Of a stretch of 64,000 bases of DNA, positions 24,391 through 39,610 are shown piece after piece; position 1 is the stretch's first letter; each line of letters opens with the position of its first letter. The DNA is taken from NCBI GenBank assembly GCA_964016885.1, contig OZ024740.1, positions 279,868,001 to 279,932,000 on the forward strand, in the 5' to 3' direction. The translations under genes were made by a program, and so were the position numbers. This DNA is from Eledone cirrhosa. Its lineage: Eukaryota. Under the pieces are notes generated by a model. The model did no database searches. It was not told the origin of the DNA and saw only the letters and a program-made list of their open reading frames with translations.

Positions 24391-27300
24391 TGCCCATGCT
24401 AAATGCGGAAGCTGAAGTCTACCAGCGAATGGTGTGCTTCGAAGAAACGAATCACAAAAATGCGAATTTGCCGGCGGAGTTACCTTTCCGATCGTGGGCC
24501 GGCCGCCCGTGGTCGGATCGATCTGTAATTACTGGTATATGTGCAGACACTCATTGGCTGTGTGTGGTGTGATTTTCAAAAAAAGCTGCCCATGCTAAAT
24601 GAGGAAGCTGAAGTCCACCAGCGAATGGTGTGCTTCGAAGAAACGAATCACAAAAAATGCGAATTTGCCGGCGGAGTTACCTTTTCGATCGTGGCCGGCC
24701 GCCCGTGGTCGGATCGATTTGTAATTACTGGTGCCTGTGCAGACACTCATCGCCGGTGTGTGGTGTGATTTTCAAGAAAAACTGCCCATGCTAAATGAGG
24801 AAGCTGAAGTCCGGCGGCGAATGGTGTGCTTCGAAGAAAACGAATCACAAAAATGACTATTTACCGGCGGAGTTACCTTTTCGATCGTGGGCCGGCCGCC
24901 TTTGGTCGGATCAATCTGTAATTACTGGTCCATGTGCAGACACACATTTGCTGTGTGTGGTGTGATTTTCACGAAACGTTGCCCATGCTAAATGCAGAAG
25001 CTGAAGTCCACCAGCGAATGGTGTGCTTCGAAGAAACGAATCACAAAAATGCGAATTTGCCGGCGGAGTTACCTTTTCGATCGTGAGCCGGCCGCCTGTG
25101 GTCGGATCGATCTGTAATTACTGGTCCATGTGCAGACACACATTTGCTGTGTGTGGTGTGATTTTCAAGAAAAGCTGCCCATGCTAAATGCGGAAGCTGA
25201 AGTCTACCAGCGAATGGTGTGCTTCGAAGAAACGAATCACAAAAATGCGAATTTGCCAGCGGAGTTACCTTTTCGATCGTGGGCCGGCCGCCTGTGGTCG
25301 GATCGATCTGTAATTAGTGGTATATGTGCAGACACTCATTGGCTATGTGTGGTGTGATTTTCAAGAAAAGCTGCCCATGCTAAATGCGGAAGCTGAAGTC
25401 CACCAGCGAATGGTGTGCTTCGAAGAAACGAATCACAAAAATGCGAATTTGCCGGCGGAGTTACCTTTTCGATCGTGGGCCGGCCGCCTGTGGTCGGATC
25501 GATCTGTAATTACTGGTATATGTGTAGACACTCATTGACTGTGTGTGGTGTGATTTTCAAGAAACGCTGCCCATGCTAAATGCGGAAGCTGAAGTCTACC
25601 AGCGAATGGTGTGCTTCGAAGAAACGAATCACAAAAATGCGAATTTGCCGGCGGAGTTACCTTTTCGATCGTGGGCCGGCCGCCTATAGGCAGATCGATC
25701 TGTAATTACTGGTCCATGTGCAGACACAGATTTGCTGTGTGTGGTGTGATTTTCAAGAATAACTGCCCATGCTAAATGAGGAAGCTGAAGTCCGGCGTCG
25801 AATGGTGTGCTTCGAAGAAAACGAATCACAAAAATGACTATTTACCGGCGGAGTTACCTTTTCGATCGTGGGCCGGCCGCCTTTGGTCGGATCAATCTGT
25901 AATTACTGGTCCATGTGCAGACACACATTTGCTGTGTGTGGTGTGATTTTCACGAAACGTTGCCCATGCTAAATGCAGAAGCTGAAGTCCACCAGCGAAT
26001 GGTGTGCTTCGAAGAAACGAATCACAAAAATGCGAATTTGCCGGCGGAGTTACCTTTTCGATCGTGGGCCGGCCGCCTATGGTCGGATCGATCTGTAATT
26101 ACTGGTCCATGTGCAGACACACATTTGCTGTGTGTGGTGTGATTTTCAAGAAAAGCTGCCCATGCTAAATGCGGAAGCTGAAGTCTACCAGCGAATGGTG
26201 TGCTTCGAAGAAACGAATCACAAAAATGCGAATTTGCCAGCGGAGTTACCTTTTCGATCGTGGGCCGGCCGCCTGTGGTCGGATCGATCTGTAATTAGTG
26301 GTATATGTGCAGACACTCATTGGCTGTGTGTGGTGTGATTTTCAAGAAAAGCTGCCCATGCTAAATGCGGAAGCTGAAGTCCACCAGCGAATGGTGTGCT
26401 TCGAAGAAACGAATCACAAAAATGCGAATTTGCCGGCGGAGTTACCTTTTCGATCGTGGGCCGGCCGCCTGTGGTCGGATCGATCTGTAATTACTGGTAT
26501 ATGTGTAGACACTCATTGACTGTGTGTGGTGTGATTTTCAAGAAACGCTGCCCATGCTAAATGCGGAAGCTGAAGTCTACCAGCGAATGGTGTGCTTCGA
26601 AGAAACGAATCACAAAAATGCGAATTTGCCGGCGGAGTTACCTTTTCGATCGTGGGCCGGCCGCCTATAGTCAGATCGATCTGTAATTACTGGTCCATGT
26701 GCAGACACAGATTTGCTGTGTGTGGTGTGATTTTCAAGAATAACTGCCCATGCTAAATGAGGAAGCTGAAGTCCAGCGTCGAATGGTGTGCTTCGAAGAA
26801 AACGAATCACAAAAATGACTATTTACCGGCGGAGTTACCTTTTCGATCGTGGGCCGGCCGCCTTTGGTCGGATCAATCTGTAATTACTGGTCCATGTGCA
26901 GACACACATTTGCTGTGTGTGGTGTGATTTTCACGAAACGTTGCCCATGCTAAATGCAGAAGCTGAAGTCCACCAGCGAATGGTGTGCTTCGAAGAAACG
27001 AATCACAAAAATGCGAATTTGCCGTCGGAGTTACCTTTTCGATCGTGGGCCGGCCGCCTATGGTCGGATCGATCTGTAATTACTGGTCCATGTGCAGACA
27101 CACATTTGCTGTGTGTGGTGTGATTTTCAAGAAAAGCTGCCCATGCTAAATGCGGAAGCTGAAGTCTACCAGCGAATGGTGTGCTTCGAAGAAACGAATC
27201 ACAAAAATGCGAATTTGCCAGCGGAGTTACCTTTTCGATCGTGGGCCGGCCGCCTGTGGTCGGATCGATCTGTAATTACTGGTATATGTGTAGACACTCA

Positions 27301-30300
27301 TTGACTGTGTGTGGTGTGATTTTCAAGAAACGCTGCCCATGCTAAATGCGGAAGCTGAAGTCTACCAGCGAATGGTGTGCTTCGAAGAAACGAATCACAA
27401 AAATGCGAATTTGCCGGCGGAGTTACCTTTTCGATCGTGGGCCGGCCGCCCGTGGTCGGATCGATCTGTAATTACTGGTACATGTGCAGACACTCATTGA
27501 CTGTGTGTGGTGTGATTTATTTTCAAGAAAAGCTGCCCATGCTAAATGAGGAAGCTGAAGTCCACCAGCGAATGGTGTGCTTCGAAGAAACGAATCACAA
27601 AAATGCGAATTTGCCGGCGGAGTAACCTTTTCGATCCTGGCCGGCCGCCCGTGGTCGGATCGATTTGTAATTACTGGTACATGTGCAGACACACATTGCC
27701 TGTGTGTGGTGTGATTTTCAAGAAAGGTTGCCCATGCTAAATGCGGAAGCTGAAGTCCACCAGCGAATGGTGTGCTTCGAAGAAACGAATCACAAAAATG
27801 CGAATTTGCCGGCGGAGTTACCTTTTCGATCGTGGGCCGGCCGCCTATGGTCGGATCGATCTGTAATTACTGGTCCATGTGCAGACACACATTTGCTGTG
27901 TGTGGTGTGATTTTCAAGAAAAGCTGCCCATGCTAAATGCGGAAGCTGAAGTCCACCAGCGAATGGTGTGCTTCGAAGAAACGAATCACAAAAATGCGAA
28001 TTTGCCGGCGGAGTTACCTTTTCGGAAGTGGGCCGGCCGCCTGTGGTCGGATCGATCTGTACTTACTGGTATATGTGCAGACACTCATTGGCTGTGTGTG
28101 GTGTGATTTTCAAGAAAAGCTGCCCATGCTAAATGAGGAAGCTGAAGTCCACCAGCGAATGGTGTGCTTCGAAGAAACGAATCACAAAAATGCGAATTTG
28201 CCGGCGGAGTTACCTTTTCGATCGTGGGCCGGCCGCCCGTGGTCGGATCGATCTGTAATTACTGGTATATGTGCAGACACTCATTGGCTGTGTGTGGTGT
28301 GATGTTCAAGAAAAGCTGCCCATGCTAAATGCGGAAGCTGAAGTCCACCAGCGAATGGTGTGCTTCGAAGAAACGAATCACAAAAATGCGAATTTGCCGG
28401 CGGAGTTACCTTTTCGATCGTGGGCCGGCCGCCTATAGTCAGATCGATCTGTAGTTAGTGGTCCATGTGCAGACACAGATTTGCTGTGTGTGGTGTGATT
28501 TTCAAGAAAAACTGCCCATGCTAAATGAGGAAGCTGAAGTCCGGCGGCGAATGGTGTGCTTCGAAGAAAACGAATCACAAAAATGACTATTTACCGGCGG
28601 AGTTACCTTTTCGATCGTGGGCCGGCCGCCTTTGGTCGGATCAATCTGTAATTACTGGTCCATGTGCAGACACACATTTGCTGTGTGTGGTGTGATTTTC
28701 ACGAAACGTTGCCCATGCTAAATGCAGAAGCTGAAGTCCACCAGCGAATGGTGTGCTTCGAAGAAACGAATCACAAAAATGCGAATTTGCCGGCGGAGTT
28801 ACCTTTTCGATCGTGGGCCGGCCGCCTGTGGTCGGATCGATCTGTAATTACTGGTCCATGTGCAGACACACATTTGCTGTGTGTGGTGTGATTTTCAAGA
28901 AAAGCTGCCCATGCTAAATGCGGAAGCTGAAGTCTACCAGCGAATGGTGTGCTTCGAAGAAACGAATCACAAAAATGCGAATTTGCCAGCGGAGTTACCT
29001 TTTCGATCGTGGGCCGGCCGCCTGTGGTCGGATCGATCTGTAATTAGTGGTATATGTGCAGACACTCATTGGCTGTGTGTGGTGTGATTTTCAAGAAAAG
29101 CTGCCCATGCTAAATGCGGAAGCTGAAGTCCACCAGCGAATGGTGTGCTTCGAAGAAACGAATCACAAAAATGCGAATTTGCCGGCGGAGTTACCTTTTC
29201 GATCGTGGGCCGGCCGCCTGTGGTCGGATCGATCTGTAATTACTGGTATATGTGTAGACACTCATTGACTGTGTGTGGTGTGATTTTCAAGAAACGCTGC
29301 CCATGCTAAATGCGGAAGCTGAAGTCTACCAGCGAATGGTGTGCTTCGAAGAAACGAATCACAAAAATGCGAATTTGCCGGCGGAGTTACCTTTTCGATC
29401 GTGGGCCGGCCGCCTATAGTCAAATCGATCTGTAATTACTGGTCCATGTGCAGACACAGATTTGCTGTGTGTGGTGTGATTTTCAAGAATAACTGCCCAT
29501 GCTAAATGAGGAAGCTGAAGTCCGGCGTCGAATGGTGTGCTTCGAAGAAAACGAATCACAAAAATGACTATTTACCGGCGGAGTTACCTTTTCGATCGTG
29601 GGCCGGCCGCCTTTGGTCGGATCAATCTGTAATTACTGGTCCATGTGCAGACACACATTTGCTGTGTGTGGTGTGATTTTCACGAAACGTTGCCCATGCT
29701 AAATGCAGAAGCTGAAGTCCACCAGCGAATGGTGTGCTTCGAAGAAACGAATCACAAAAATGCGAATTTGCCGGCGGAGTTACCTTTTCGATCATGGGCC
29801 GGCCGCCTATGGTCGGATCGATCTGTAATTACTGGTCCATGTGCAGACACACATTTGCTGTGTGTGGTGTGATTTTCAAGAAAAGCTGCCCATGCTAAAT
29901 GCGGAAGCTGAAGTCTACCAGCGAATGGTGTGCTTCGAAGAAACGAATCACAAAAATGCGAATTTGCCAGCGGAGTTACCTTTTCGATCGTGGGCCGGCC
30001 GTCTGTGGTCGGATCGATCTGTAATTAGTGGTATATGTGCAGACACTCATTGGCTGTGTGTGGTGTGATTTTCAAGAAAAGCTGCCCATGCTAAATGCGG
30101 AAGCTGAAGTCCACCAGCGAATGGTGTGCTTCGAAGAAACGAATCACAAAAATGCGAATTTGCCGGCGGAGTTACCTTTTCGATCGTGGGCCGGCCGCCT
30201 GTGGTCGGATCGATCTGTAATTACTGGTATATGTGTAGACACTCATTGACTGTGTGTGGTGTGATTTTCAAGAAACGCTGCCCATGCTAAATGCGGAAGC

Positions 30301-33300
30301 TGAAGTCTACCAGCGAATGGTGTGCTTCGAAGAAACGAATCACAAAAATGCGAATTTGCCGGCGGAGTTACCTTTTCGATCGTGGGCCGGCCGCCTATAG
30401 TCAGATCGATCTGTAATTACTGGTCCATGTGCAGACACAGATTTGCTGTGTGTGGTGTGATTTTCAAGAATAACTGCCCATGCTAAATGAGGAAGCTGAA
30501 GTCCAGCGTCGAATGGTGTGCTTCGAAGAAAACGAATCACAAAAATGACTATTTACCGGCGGAGTTACCTTTTCGATCGTGGGCCGGCCGCCTATGGTCG
30601 GATCGATCTGTAATTACTGGTCCATGTGCAGACACACATTTGCTGTGTGTGGTGTGATTTTCAAGAAAAGCTGCCCATGCTAAATGCGGAAGCTGAAGTC
30701 CACCAGCGAATGGTGTGCTTCGAAGAAACGAATCACAAAAATGCGAATTTGCCGGCGGAGTTACCTTTTCGAAAGTGGGCCGGCCGCCTGTGGTCGGATC
30801 GATCTGTACTTACTGGTATATGTGCAGACACTCATTGGCTGTGTGTGGTGTGATGTTCAAGAAAAGCTGCCCATGCTAAATGCGGAAGCTGAAGTCCACC
30901 AGCGAATGGTGTGCTTCGAAGAAACGAATCACAAAAATGCGAATTTGCCGGCGGAGTTACCTTTTCGATCGTGGGCCGGCCGCCTATAGTCAGATCGATC
31001 TGTAATTAGTGGTCCATGTGCAGACACAGATTTGCTGTGTGTGGTGTGATTTTCAAGAAAAACTGCCCATGCTAAATGAGGAAGCTGAAGTCCGGCGTCG
31101 AATGGTGTGCTTCGAAGAAAACGAATCACAAAAATGACTATTTACCGGCGGAGTTACCTTTTCGATCGTGGGCCGGCCGCCTGTGGTCGGATCGATCTGT
31201 AATTACTGGTCCATGTGCAGACACACATTTGCTGTGTGTGGTGTGATTTTCACGAAACGTTGCCCATGCTAAATGAGGAAGCTGAAGTCCACCAGCGAAT
31301 GGTGTGCTTCGAAGAAACGAATCACAAAAATGCGAATTTGCCGGCGGAGTTACCTTTTCGATCGTGGGCCGGCCGCCTGTGGTCGGATCGATCTGTAATT
31401 ACTGGTATATGTGCAGACACTCATTGACTGTGTGTGGAGTGATTTTCAAGAAACGCTGCCCATGCTAAATGCGGAAGCTGAAGTCTACCAGCGAATGGTG
31501 TGCTTCGAAGAAACGAATCACAAAAATGCGAATTTGCCGGCGGAGTTACCTTTCCGATCGTGGGCCGGCCGCCCGTGGTCGGATCGATCTGTAATTACTG
31601 GTATATGTGCAGACACTCATTGGCTGTGTGTGGTGTGATTTTCAAAAAAAGCTGCCCATGCTAAATGAGGAAGCTGAAGTCCACCAGCGAATGGTGTGCT
31701 TCGAAGAAACGAATCACAAAAAATGCGAATTTGCCGGCGGAGTTACCTTTTCGATCGTGGCCGGCCGCCCGTGGTCGGATCGATTTGTAATTACTGGTGC
31801 CTGTGCAGACACTCATCGCCGGTGTGTGGTGTGATTTTCAAGAAAAACTGCCCATGCTAAATGAGGAAGCTGAAGTCCGGCGGCGAATGGTGTGCTTCGA
31901 AGAAAACGAATCACAAAAATGACTATTTACCGGCGGAGTTACCTTTTCGATCGTGGGCCGGCCGCCTTTGGTCGGATCAATCTGTAATTACTGGTCCATG
32001 TGCAGACACACATTTGCTGTGTGTGGTGTGATTTTCACGAAACGTTGCCCATGCTAAATGCAGAAGCTGAAGTCCACCAGCGAATGGTGTGCTTCGAAGA
32101 AACGAATCACAAAAATGCGAATTTGCCGGCGGAGTTACCTTTTCGATCGTGAGCCGGCCGCCTGTGGTCGGATCGATCTGTAATTACTGGTCCATGTGCA
32201 GACACACATTTGCTGTGTGTGGTGTGATTTTCAAGAAAAGCTGCCCATGCTAAATGCGGAAGCTGAAGTCTACCAGCGAATGGTGTGCTTCGAAGAAACG
32301 AATCACAAAAATGCGAATTTGCCAGCGGAGTTACCTTTTCGATCGTGGGCCGGCCGCCTGTGGTCGGATCGATCTGTAATTAGTGGTATATGTGCAGACA
32401 CTCATTGGCTATGTGTGGTGTGATTTTCAAGAAAAGCTGCCCATGCTAAATGCGGAAGCTGAAGTCCACCAGCGAATGGTGTGCTTCGAAGAAACGAATC
32501 ACAAAAATGCGAATTTGCCGGCGGAGTTACCTTTTCGATCGTGGGCCGGCCGCCTGTGGTCGGATCGATCTGTAATTACTGGTATATGTGTAGACACTCA
32601 TTGACTGTGTGTGGTGTGATTTTCAAGAAACGCTGCCCATGCTAAATGCGGAAGCTGAAGTCTACCAGCGAATGGTGTGCTTCGAAGAAACGAATCACAA
32701 AAATGCGAATTTGCCGGCGGAGTTACCTTTTCGATCGTGGGCCGGCCGCCTATAGGCAGATCGATCTGTAATTACTGGTCCATGTGCAGACACAGATTTG
32801 CTGTGTGTGGTGTGATTTTCAAGAATAACTGCCCATGCTAAATGAGGAAGCTGAAGTCCGGCGTCGAATGGTGTGCTTCGAAGAAAACGAATCACAAAAA
32901 TGACTATTTACCGGCGGAGTTACCTTTTCGATCGTGGGCCGGCCGCCTTTGGTCGGATCAATCTGTAATTACTGGTCCATGTGCAGACACACATTTGCTG
33001 TGTGTGGTGTGATTTTCACGAAACGTTGCCCATGCTAAATGCAGAAGCTGAAGTCCACCAGCGAATGGTGTGCTTCGAAGAAACGAATCACAAAAATGCG
33101 AATTTGCCGGCGGAGTTACCTTTTCGATCGTGGGCCGGCCGCCTATGGTCGGATCGATCTGTAATTACTGGTCCATGTGCAGACACACATTTGCTGTGTG
33201 TGGTGTGATTTTCACGAAACGTTGCCCATGCTAAATGAGGAAGCTGAAGTCCACCAGCGAATGGTGTGCTTCGAAGAAACGAATCACAAAAATGCGAATT

Positions 33301-36300
33301 TGCCGGCGGAGTTACCTTTTCGATCGTGGGCCGGCCGCCTGTGGTCGGATCGATCTGTAATTACTGGTATATGTGCAGACACTCATTGACTGTGTGTGGA
33401 GTGATTTTCAAGAAACGCTGCCCATGCTAAATGCGGAAGCTGAAGTCTACCAGCGAATGGTGTGCTTCGAAGAAACGAATCACAAAAATGCGAATTTGCC
33501 GGCGGAGTTACCTTTCCGATCGTGGGCCGGCCGCCCGTGGTCGGATCGATCTGTAATTACTGGTATATGTGCAGACACTCATTGGCTGTGTGTGGTGTGA
33601 TTTTCAAAAAAAGCTGCCCATGCTAAATGAGGAAGCTGAAGTCCACCAGCGAATGGTGTGCTTCGAAGAAACGAATCACAAAAAATGCGAATTTGCCGGC
33701 GGAGTTACCTTTTCGATCGTGGCCGGCCGCCCGTGGTCGGATCGATTTGTAATTACTGGTGCCTGTGCAGACACTCATCGCCGGTGTGTGGTGTGATTTT
33801 CAAGAAAAACTGCCCATGCTAAATGAGGAAGCTGAAGTCCGGCGGCGAATGGTGTGCTTCGAAGAAAACGAATCACAAAAATGACTATTTACCGGCGGAG
33901 TTACCTTTTCGATCGTGGGCCGGCCGCCTTTGGTCGGATCAATCTGTAATTACTGGTCCATGTGCAGACACACATTTGCTGTGTGTGGTGTGATTTTCAC
34001 GAAACGTTGCCCATGCTAAATGCAGAAGCTGAAGTCCACCAGCGAATGGTGTGCTTCGAAGAAACGAATCACAAAAATGCGAATTTGCCGGCGGAGTTAC
34101 CTTTTCGATCGTGAGCCGGCCGCCTGTGGTCGGATCGATCTGTAATTACTGGTCCATGTGCAGACACACATTTGCTGTGTGTGGTGTGATTTTCAAGAAA
34201 AGCTGCCCATGCTAAATGCGGAAGCTGAAGTCTACCAGCGAATGGTGTGCTTCGAAGAAACGAATCACAAAAATGCGAATTTGCCAGCGGAGTTACCTTT
34301 TCGATCGTGGGCCGGCCGCCTGTGGTCGGATCGATCTGTAATTAGTGGTATATGTGCAGACACTCATTGGCTATGTGTGGTGTGATTTTCAAGAAAAGCT
34401 GCCCATGCTAAATGCGGAAGCTGAAGTCCACCAGCGAATGGTGTGCTTCGAAGAAACGAATCACAAAAATGCGAATTTGCCGGCGGAGTTACCTTTTCGA
34501 TCGTGGGCCGGCCGCCTGTGGTCGGATCGATCTGTAATTACTGGTATATGTGTAGACACTCATTGACTGTGTGTGGTGTGATTTTCAAGAAACGCTGCCC
34601 ATGCTAAATGCGGAAGCTGAAGTCTACCAGCGAATGGTGTGCTTCGAAGAAACGAATCACAAAAATGCGAATTTGCCGGCGGAGTTACCTTTTCGATCGT
34701 GGGCCGGCCGCCTATAGGCAGATCGATCTGTAATTACTGGTCCATGTGCAGACACAGATTTGCTGTGTGTGGTGTGATTTTCAAGAATAACTGCCCATGC
34801 TAAATGAGGAAGCTGAAGTCCGGCGTCGAATGGTGTGCTTCGAAGAAAACGAATCACAAAAATGACTATTTACCGGCGGAGTTACCTTTTCGATCGTGGG
34901 CCGGCCGCCTTTGGTCGGATCAATCTGTAATTACTGGTCCATGTGCAGACACACATTTGCTGTGTGTGGTGTGATTTTCACGAAACGTTGCCCATGCTAA
35001 ATGCAGAAGCTGAAGTCCACCAGCGAATGGTGTGCTTCGAAGAAACGAATCACAAAAATGCGAATTTGCCGGCGGAGTTACCTTTTCGATCGTGGGCCGG
35101 CCGCCTATGGTCGGATCGATCTGTAATTACTGGTCCATGTGCAGACACACATTTGCTGTGTGTGGTGTGATTTTCAAGAAAAGCTGCCCATGCTAAATGC
35201 GGAAGCTGAAGTCTACCAGCGAATGGTGTGCTTCGAAGAAACGAATCACAAAAATGCGAATTTGCCAGCGGAGTTACCTTTTCGATCGTGGGCCGGCCGC
35301 CTGTGGTCGGATCGATCTGTAATTAGTGGTATATGTGCAGACACTCATTGGCTGTGTGTGGTGTGATTTTCAAGAAAAGCTGCCCATGCTAAATGCGGAA
35401 GCTGAAGTCCACCAGCGAATGGTGTGCTTCGAAGAAACGAATCACAAAAATGCGAATTTGCCGGCGGAGTTACCTTTTCGATCGTGGGCCGGCCGCCTGT
35501 GGTCGGATCGATCTGTAATTACTGGTATATGTGTAGACACTCATTGACTGTGTGTGGTGTGATTTTCAAGAAACGCTGCCCATGCTAAATGCGGAAGCTG
35601 AAGTCTACCAGCGAATGGTGTGCTTCGAAGAAACGAATCACAAAAATGCGAATTTGCCGGCGGAGTTACCTTTTCGATCGTGGGCCGGCCGCCTATAGTC
35701 AGATCGATCTGTAATTACTGGTCCATGTGCAGACACAGATTTGCTGTGTGTGGTGTGATTTTCAAGAATAACTGCCCATGCTAAATGAGGAAGCTGAAGT
35801 CCAGCGTCGAATGGTGTGCTTCGAAGAAAACGAATCACAAAAATGACTATTTACCGGCGGAGTTACCTTTTCGATCGTGGGCCGGCCGCCTTTGGTCGGA
35901 TCAATCTGTAATTACTGGTCCATGTGCAGACACACATTTGCTGTGTGTGGTGTGATTTTCACGAAACGTTGCCCATGCTAAATGCAGAAGCTGAAGTCCA
36001 CCAGCGAATGGTGTGCTTCGAAGAAACGAATCACAAAAATGCGAATTTGCCGTCGGAGTTACCTTTTCGATCGTGGGCCGGCCGCCTATGGTCGGATCGA
36101 TCTGTAATTACTGGTCCATGTGCAGACACACATTTGCTGTGTGTGGTGTGATTTTCAAGAAAAGCTGCCCATGCTAAATGCGGAAGCTGAAGTCTACCAG
36201 CGAATGGTGTGCTTCGAAGAAACGAATCACAAAAATGCGAATTTGCCAGCGGAGTTACCTTTTCGATCGTGGGCCGGCCGCCTGTGGTCGGATCGATCTG

Positions 36301-39300
36301 TAATTACTGGTATATGTGTAGACACTCATTGACTGTGTGTGGTGTGATTTTCAAGAAACGCTGCCCATGCTAAATGCGGAAGCTGAAGTCTACCAGCGAA
36401 TGGTGTGCTTCGAAGAAACGAATCACAAAAATGCGAATTTGCCGGCGGAGTTACCTTTTCGATCGTGGGCCGGCCGCCCGTGGTCGGATCGATCTGTAAT
36501 TACTGGTACATGTGCAGACACTCATTGACTGTGTGTGGTGTGATTTATTTTCAAGAAAAGCTGCCCATGCTAAATGAGGAAGCTGAAGTCCACCAGCGAA
36601 TGGTGTGCTTCGAAGAAACGAATCACAAAAATGCGAATTTGCCGGCGGAGTAACCTTTTCGATCCTGGCCGGCCGCCCGTGGTCGGATCGATTTGTAATT
36701 ACTGGTACATGTGCAGACACACATTGCCTGTGTGTGGTGTGATTTTCAAGAAAGGTTGCCCATGCTAAATGCGGAAGCTGAAGTCCACCAGCGAATGGTG
36801 TGCTTCGAAGAAACGAATCACAAAAATGCGAATTTGCCGGCGGAGTTACCTTTTCGATCGTGGGCCGGCCGCCTATGGTCGGATCGATCTGTAATTACTG
36901 GTCCATGTGCAGACACACATTTGCTGTGTGTGGTGTGATTTTCAAGAAAAGCTGCCCATGCTAAATGCGGAAGCTGAAGTCCACCAGCGAATGGTGTGCT
37001 TCGAAGAAACGAATCACAAAAATGCGAATTTGCCGGCGGAGTTACCTTTTCGGAAGTGGGCCGGCCGCCTGTGGTCGGATCGATCTGTACTTACTGGTAT
37101 ATGTGCAGACACTCATTGGCTGTGTGTGGTGTGATTTTCAAGAAAAGCTGCCCATGCTAAATGAGGAAGCTGAAGTCCACCAGCGAATGGTGTGCTTCGA
37201 AGAAACGAATCACAAAAATGCGAATTTGCCGGCGGAGTTACCTTTTCGATCGTGGGCCGGCCGCCCGTGGTCGGATCGATCTGTAATTACTGGTATATGT
37301 GCAGACACTCATTGGCTGTGTGTGGTGTGATGTTCAAGAAAAGCTGCCCATGCTAAATGCGGAAGCTGAAGTCCACCAGCGAATGGTGTGCTTCGAAGAA
37401 ACGAATCACAAAAATGCGAATTTGCCGGCGGAGTTACCTTTTCGATCGTGGGCCGGCCGCCTATAGTCAGATCGATCTGTAGTTAGTGGTCCATGTGCAG
37501 ACACAGATTTGCTGTGTGTGGTGTGATTTTCAAGAAAAACTGCCCATGCTAAATGAGGAAGCTGAAGTCCGGCGGCGAATGGTGTGCTTCGAAGAAAACG
37601 AATCACAAAAATGACTATTTACCGGCGGAGTTACCTTTTCGATCGTGGGCCGGCCGCCTTTGGTCGGATCAATCTGTAATTACTGGTCCATGTGCAGACA
37701 CACATTTGCTGTGTGTGGTGTGATTTTCACGAAACGTTGCCCATGCTAAATGCAGAAGCTGAAGTCCACCAGCGAATGGTGTGCTTCGAAGAAACGAATC
37801 ACAAAAATGCGAATTTGCCGGCGGAGTTACCTTTTCGATCGTGGGCCGGCCGCCTGTGGTCGGATCGATCTGTAATTACTGGTCCATGTGCAGACACACA
37901 TTTGCTGTGTGTGGTGTGATTTTCAAGAAAAGCTGCCCATGCTAAATGCGGAAGCTGAAGTCTACCAGCGAATGGTGTGCTTCGAAGAAACGAATCACAA
38001 AAATGCGAATTTGCCAGCGGAGTTACCTTTTCGATCGTGGGCCGGCCGCCTGTGGTCGGATCGATCTGTAATTAGTGGTATATGTGCAGACACTCATTGG
38101 CTGTGTGTGGTGTGATTTTCAAGAAAAGCTGCCCATGCTAAATGCGGAAGCTGAAGTCCACCAGCGAATGGTGTGCTTCGAAGAAACGAATCACAAAAAT
38201 GCGAATTTGCCGGCGGAGTTACCTTTTCGATCGTGGGCCGGCCGCCTGTGGTCGGATCGATCTGTAATTACTGGTATATGTGTAGACACTCATTGACTGT
38301 GTGTGGTGTGATTTTCAAGAAACGCTGCCCATGCTAAATGCGGAAGCTGAAGTCTACCAGCGAATGGTGTGCTTCGAAGAAACGAATCACAAAAATGCGA
38401 ATTTGCCGGCGGAGTTACCTTTTCGATCGTGGGCCGGCCGCCTATAGTCAAATCGATCTGTAATTACTGGTCCATGTGCAGACACAGATTTGCTGTGTGT
38501 GGTGTGATTTTCAAGAATAACTGCCCATGCTAAATGAGGAAGCTGAAGTCCGGCGTCGAATGGTGTGCTTCGAAGAAAACGAATCACAAAAATGACTATT
38601 TACCGGCGGAGTTACCTTTTCGATCGTGGGCCGGCCGCCTTTGGTCGGATCAATCTGTAATTACTGGTCCATGTGCAGACACACATTTGCTGTGTGTGGT
38701 GTGATTTTCACGAAACGTTGCCCATGCTAAATGCAGAAGCTGAAGTCCACCAGCGAATGGTGTGCTTCGAAGAAACGAATCACAAAAATGCGAATTTGCC
38801 GGCGGAGTTACCTTTTCGATCATGGGCCGGCCGCCTATGGTCGGATCGATCTGTAATTACTGGTCCATGTGCAGACACACATTTGCTGTGTGTGGTGTGA
38901 TTTTCAAGAAAAGCTGCCCATGCTAAATGCGGAAGCTGAAGTCTACCAGCGAATGGTGTGCTTCGAAGAAACGAATCACAAAAATGCGAATTTGCCAGCG
39001 GAGTTACCTTTTCGATCGTGGGCCGGCCGTCTGTGGTCGGATCGATCTGTAATTAGTGGTATATGTGCAGACACTCATTGGCTGTGTGTGGTGTGATTTT
39101 CAAGAAAAGCTGCCCATGCTAAATGCGGAAGCTGAAGTCCACCAGCGAATGGTGTGCTTCGAAGAAACGAATCACAAAAATGCGAATTTGCCGGCGGAGT
39201 TACCTTTTCGATCGTGGGCCGGCCGCCTGTGGTCGGATCGATCTGTAATTACTGGTATATGTGTAGACACTCATTGACTGTGTGTGGTGTGATTTTCAAG

Positions 39301-39610
39301 AAACGCTGCCCATGCTAAATGCGGAAGCTGAAGTCTACCAGCGAATGGTGTGCTTCGAAGAAACGAATCACAAAAATGCGAATTTGCCGGCGGAGTTACC
39401 TTTTCGATCGTGGGCCGGCCGCCTATAGTCAGATCGATCTGTAATTACTGGTCCATGTGCAGACACAGATTTGCTGTGTGTGGTGTGATTTTCAAGAATA
39501 ACTGCCCATGCTAAATGAGGAAGCTGAAGTCCAGCGTCGAATGGTGTGCTTCGAAGAAAACGAATCACAAAAATGACTATTTACCGGCGGAGTTACCTTT
39601 TCGATCGTGG
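23500..39610. repeat. 36-monomer (7066 bp) tandem duplication whose second copy contains a further 10-monomer (1962 bp) duplication, giving a downstream offset of 9028 bp
   Basis: Offset +7066: 23560/30626, 24541/31607, 25915/32981. Offset +1962: 31215/33177, 31607/33569, 32695/34657. Offset +9028: 27377/36405, 27937/36965, 29359/38387, 30340/39368. Confidence 0.9.
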